Below are positions 17,780-19,524 of a DNA stretch of 19,524 nt, piece after piece. Below the pieces are notes generated by a model that worked only from the letters and a program-made list of their open reading frames with translations, was not told where the DNA came from and made no database searches. A program made the translations under genes and the position numbers. How positions within the stretch are numbered: position 1 is the first letter of the stretch; each line of letters opens with the position of its first letter. The stretch lies in NCBI GenBank assembly GCA_040081625.1, contig JBEBGD010000104.1, positions 1 through 19,524 on the forward strand. Reading direction: 5' to 3'. Source of the DNA: Chthoniobacteraceae bacterium. Its GTDB lineage: Bacteria > Verrucomicrobiota > Verrucomicrobiia > Chthoniobacterales > Chthoniobacteraceae.

Positions 17780-19447
17780 TTGAGCCCGGCGACCACTTCC
17801 CGCATCCCTTGCATTGATCTTCGCCGGCAATTCGTGCCGCTATTCCTCGCTGCCTGCGCGGTGCTCGCCAGCCCGCTCGGCGCCGCGGAGCGCAAGGTGC
17901 CGCTCAAGCTGGAAGAATATCTGCGCATCGTGGTGGCGGGGAATGAGACGCTCCAGGCGCAGCTTTTCGGGACGGAGGCGAGCCGGCAGCGCGCGCTGGC
18001 CGAGCGCGGCGCCTTCGAGCCCGAGTGGGTGAGTTCCGCCGCTCGCGAGGCGAACAAACGCCCCAACTCCGTCGAGCAGCAGCGCAGCCTCGGCGGCATC
18101 CCGATCCTCGACGAGCGCAACAACCGCTTCGACTCGGCGATCGAGTCGAACACGCCGACCGGCGCGAAGATCCGCCTCGGATACACGCTCAACAACTTCA
18201 ACAACAACCTGACCCCGCTCAGCGCCGGCACCCCGCTCACGCGGACCGACGAGTGGCAGAGCTTCGCGGGCGTCACGCTCACGCAGCCGCTCTTGAAGAA
18301 CGGCGGCACCGCCGCCGCGCTCGCGGCGCTGCGCATCGCGGCGATCAACTCCGAGTCGGCGTTCCAGGAATACCGCCGGCAGCTCATGGTCACGCTCTCT
18401 CAAGCCGAGGCGGCCTACTGGAGCGTCTATTTCGCGCAGGAGCAGATTCGTTTTCTCGACGAGTCGGTCGCGGTCGCCGAGTCGATCCTCGCGGACAGTC
18501 GGGAGAAGGTGAAAGCTGGAAAAGCCGCGGAGATCGAAGTGCTCGAGGCCGAGGCCGGTGTCGCGCTGCGGCACACCAAGCGCAACGAAGCGCTCCAGCG
18601 CTACAACGAGACGATGGGTCAGCTCTTCGTCCTCGCCGGCCAGTCGCCGCGCGAGCAGAAGTCCAGCTACCTCATTACCGAGGAACCCGGCGTCGTGCTG
18701 CCGGATGTCGCCTACGAGGCGAGCTGGCGCAGCGCGGTCGATCTGAATCCCGACCTCATCATCCAGCGCAGGAAACTCGACGAGGCCTATGTCCGGCTCG
18801 GCTTCGCGCGCAACCAGCGCCTGCCCGAGCTCAATCTCAAGGCTTCCGCCGGCCTCAACGGACTCGGCTCCTCGCCCGGAGAATCGTGGGACGAAGTGAC
18901 CACCGGCGACTTCCGCTCGTGGTCGCTCGGTGCGGAATTCCGCCTGCCGCTCGGCGGTGGAGTCCGCGGGCGGCACGAACTCGCGGCGATGGATGCGACG
19001 GTGCGCCAGACGCAGCTCCAGCTTCGCGGCATCGAGACGCAGCTCGCGAACGCGCTCTTTACTTCGTTGAAAAAGCTCCGCCACACGCGCGCGACGATCG
19101 ACGACTACGACACGATGGTCCGATTCAACGAGCGGCTGCTCAAGAGCGAGCGCGAGCGGCTCGGGGTCGGGAAAATCGAAGCCCGCCACGTGCTCGAGGT
19201 TGAAGCGGGGCTGTTCGAGGTCCGGCAGGGCATGGCCGACGCGCGGGTGCAGTTCAAGCGCGCCACGATCGAGCTCTTCCTCGCCGAGGGCTCCACGCTC
19301 AAGCGCCGCGGCATCGACTTTACCCCCAACGATCTGCGCGCGCAGACGCAGCGGCTGCTCGCGACGAAGCCGCCGCGCAAGGCCCCGCCACCCGCCGCCT
19401 ACGTGCCGGCAAAGGTGCCCCCGCGCGAGAAGCCGCCGCGGCGCTGA
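17780..19447 (+). CDS. TolC-family outer membrane efflux protein
   Basis: Signal peptide (RRQFVPLFLAACAVLASPLGA), two OEP repeats with LTQPLLKNGG, AYWSVYFAQE, RNQRLPELNL and EFRLPLGG. Start (TTG 17780) uncertain. Confidence 0.88.
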   Translation: MSPATTSRIPCIDLRRQFVPLFLAACAVLASPLGAAERKVPLKLEEYLRIVVAGNETLQAQLFGTEASRQRALAERGAFEPEWVSSAAREANKRPNSVEQQRSLGGIPILDERNNRFDSAIESNTPTGAKIRLGYTLNNFNNNLTPLSAGTPLTRTDEWQSFAGVTLTQPLLKNGGTAAALAALRIAAINSESAFQEYRRQLMVTLSQAEAAYWSVYFAQEQIRFLDESVAVAESILADSREKVKAGKAAEIEVLEAEAGVALRHTKRNEALQRYNETMGQLFVLAGQSPREQKSSYLITEEPGVVLPDVAYEASWRSAVDLNPDLIIQRRKLDEAYVRLGFARNQRLPELNLKASAGLNGLGSSPGESWDEVTTGDFRSWSLGAEFRLPLGGGVRGRHELAAMDATVRQTQLQLRGIETQLANALFTSLKKLRHTRATIDDYDTMVRFNERLLKSERERLGVGKIEARHVLEVEAGLFEVRQGMADARVQFKRATIELFLAEGSTLKRRGIDFTPNDLRAQTQRLLATKPPRKAPPPAAYVPAKVPPREKPPRR

Positions 19448-19474
19448 AGCAAATCTGCGGCGGGACCGCCGTCT

Positions 19475-19504
19475 GTCACAAAATCGGGGCGCGAGCACTA
19501 TAAG
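19475..19504 (+). promoter_or_regulatory. Putative promoter (GTCACA-N18-TATAAG) ahead of an ATG at 19511
   Basis: TATAAG ends 6 nt before ATG 19511. The downstream ORF runs off the window and cannot be verified. Confidence 0.3.
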
Positions 19505-19524
19505 GCTCTGATGAACCCGCGCAC

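Overview
High-GC, gene-dense bacterial chromosomal segment, mostly housekeeping and envelope genes. The style of the genes suggests Verrucomicrobia/PVC (inference only). In order: an RND efflux locus on the minus strand (uncharacterised His-motif membrane protein, RND permease, membrane-fusion protein running off the left edge), a GT-C-type membrane glycosyltransferase, tyrS, a minus-strand cluster (truncated Gre-like factor, DUF3592-type protein, 51-aa basic protein, NYN-domain protein), DUF485 plus actP, hemW, a small His-rich lipoprotein, queD and queE, a lone trpA, a lone FbpB-type ABC permease, a sterol-desaturase-family enzyme and a TolC-family protein. I see no mobile elements, CRISPR arrays, rRNA or tRNA, and no clear-cut novel system. 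The best leads are the small basic protein coupled to a NYN nuclease, the tip-less Gre-like factor, catalytic-motif substitutions in QueD (His to Gln) and TyrRS (HLGF), the unlisted His-rich lipoprotein, and recurrent sigma70-like promoters with very short or absent leaders.
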